From the NCBI GenBank assembly GCA_963667665.2, contig OY763927.2:480001-544000 (forward strand): a stretch of DNA of 64,000 nt, given 5' to 3'. A model generated the notes under the pieces. It ran no database searches. It saw only the letters and a program-made list of their open reading frames with translations, and had not been told where the DNA came from. This document shows positions 63,148 to 64,000 of the stretch, one piece after another. Positions within the stretch are counted from its first letter, which is position 1. Each line of letters begins with the position of its first letter. This DNA comes from Nitrosopumilus sp. (GTDB lineage: Archaea > Thermoproteota > Nitrososphaeria > Nitrososphaerales > Nitrosopumilaceae). Made by a program: the position numbers and the translations under genes.

Positions 63148-63837
63148 ATGACAATTATGAAAGAAAATAGTTTAATCTCCAAAAAATGGGATAAAGAATA
63201 TGATGCTGGACGATATCAAAATGAACCCCCAATAGAATTTATCAGTAAAATCAAGCAAACTATTCGAAAGTATCAAAACATAGAACAAGGAAATGGCCTA
63301 TACGTTGGATGTGGTAATGGCAGAAATTATATTCCTCTTGTGAAATCTGATTTGAATATTGTGGGAATTGACATATCTAAAGTTGCCATAAAACAACTAG
63401 AAGAAAAAATGCCAGCACTATCCAAGAAATTACACTGTGTGGATTTTGTAAACTACAACAACAAAGAACCATTTGATTATATCATAGCAATACAAGTGTT
63501 TCAACATGGTACAGAAAAACAAATCAGAGAATATTTTGAAAAGGTATCTCAACTACTAAATCCTGACGGTCTGTTATTTTTGCGAGTCAATTCTGCATCT
63601 ACTGATATCTATTTCAAACATCATATCATAGAGACAAACAGTCTTGGCGGCATAACTATCAGATATCTCGAAGGTCCAAAAAAGGATCTGGACATTCATT
63701 TTTACTCTATAGAAGAATTAGATGTGTTGTGCAAGGACTTTGATTGTATAATTCTACCATACGAAAATATTACAAAAAGAGATCCTCCAAAGACTGGAAC
63801 ATGGTCGCAGTGGGAATTGATTCTACAAAAAAAATAA
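63148..63837 (+). CDS. class I SAM-dependent methyltransferase
   Basis: WDKEY, LYVGCGNGRN, GIDIS, FDYIIA, LNPDGLLF. Confidence 0.9.
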   Translation: MTIMKENSLISKKWDKEYDAGRYQNEPPIEFISKIKQTIRKYQNIEQGNGLYVGCGNGRNYIPLVKSDLNIVGIDISKVAIKQLEEKMPALSKKLHCVDFVNYNNKEPFDYIIAIQVFQHGTEKQIREYFEKVSQLLNPDGLLFLRVNSASTDIYFKHHIIETNSLGGITIRYLEGPKKDLDIHFYSIEELDVLCKDFDCIILPYENITKRDPPKTGTWSQWELILQKK

Positions 63838-63838
63838 C

Positions 63839-64000
63839 ATGAAAATTATTTTAGCAATACAAAAAAAATATCCAAACTCACTTGAAGGAAAGAAAATATT
63901 AGTTTGTACACATGCAACTGATGCAACAGTATCTTTTCTCAAAATAATATCTGATCTTGGTGCCAAAATATTTTACATTCCAATTTCATACAGCAAAAAT
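63839..64000 (+). CDS. S-adenosylhomocysteine hydrolase-like protein, N-terminal part (truncated by window edge)
   Basis: LEGKKILVCTHATDATVSFLKIISDLGAKIFYIPISYS resembles the SAHH N-terminal L.G..I..C.H....T..L...L..LGA motif. Confidence 0.45.
   Translation, partial: MKIILAIQKKYPNSLEGKKILVCTHATDATVSFLKIISDLGAKIFYIPISYSKN

Larger units (their letters stand above)
31080..64000. mobile_element. putative integrated element (provirus/ICE/integrated plasmid); right end not in window, att sites not identified
   Basis: Tyrosine recombinase at left edge; co-oriented small ORFs with overlapping stops/starts and SD-like GGAGG; SSAP-like gene; iteron-like repeats; paralogous Cys-rich genes on both sides of the GC-rich cargo; no housekeeping genes. 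Confidence 0.7.

Overview
AT-rich archaeal chromosome segment, most consistent with a Nitrosopumilus-like ammonia-oxidising thaumarchaeon (CFI-box-CTERM protein, thaumarchaeal C-terminal motifs, trpEGDCBA without trpF, many tiny Zn-finger ORFs). Bases 1-31,050 are host backbone: NAD kinase-wHTH, pyrG, the trp operon, SPFH protein, DinG/XPD helicase, ilvD and many micro-ORFs. The intergenic gaps repeatedly hold short self-complementary elements that look like closed structured RNAs, several behind a TATA-like box. From about 31,100 to the window end lies an apparent integrated mobile element. It encodes a tyrosine recombinase with an atypical box I, an overlapping operon of small Cys-rich genes and a Rad52/RecT-like annealing protein, an iteron-like repeat cluster, and a methyltransferase plus an SAH-hydrolase-like gene. 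Inside it is a ~23.5 kb, much more GC-rich giant surface-protein locus (37,351-60,823). This locus has a beta-propeller, ten DUF285/BspA-like LRR modules (about 86 25-aa repeats with hypervariable di-residues and combinatorially swapped N- and C-caps), Ig/cadherin stalks and a thaumarchaeal C-terminal anchor. Its middle part is garbled and probably partly an assembly artefact. All calls are by eye; no database search or folding was run.
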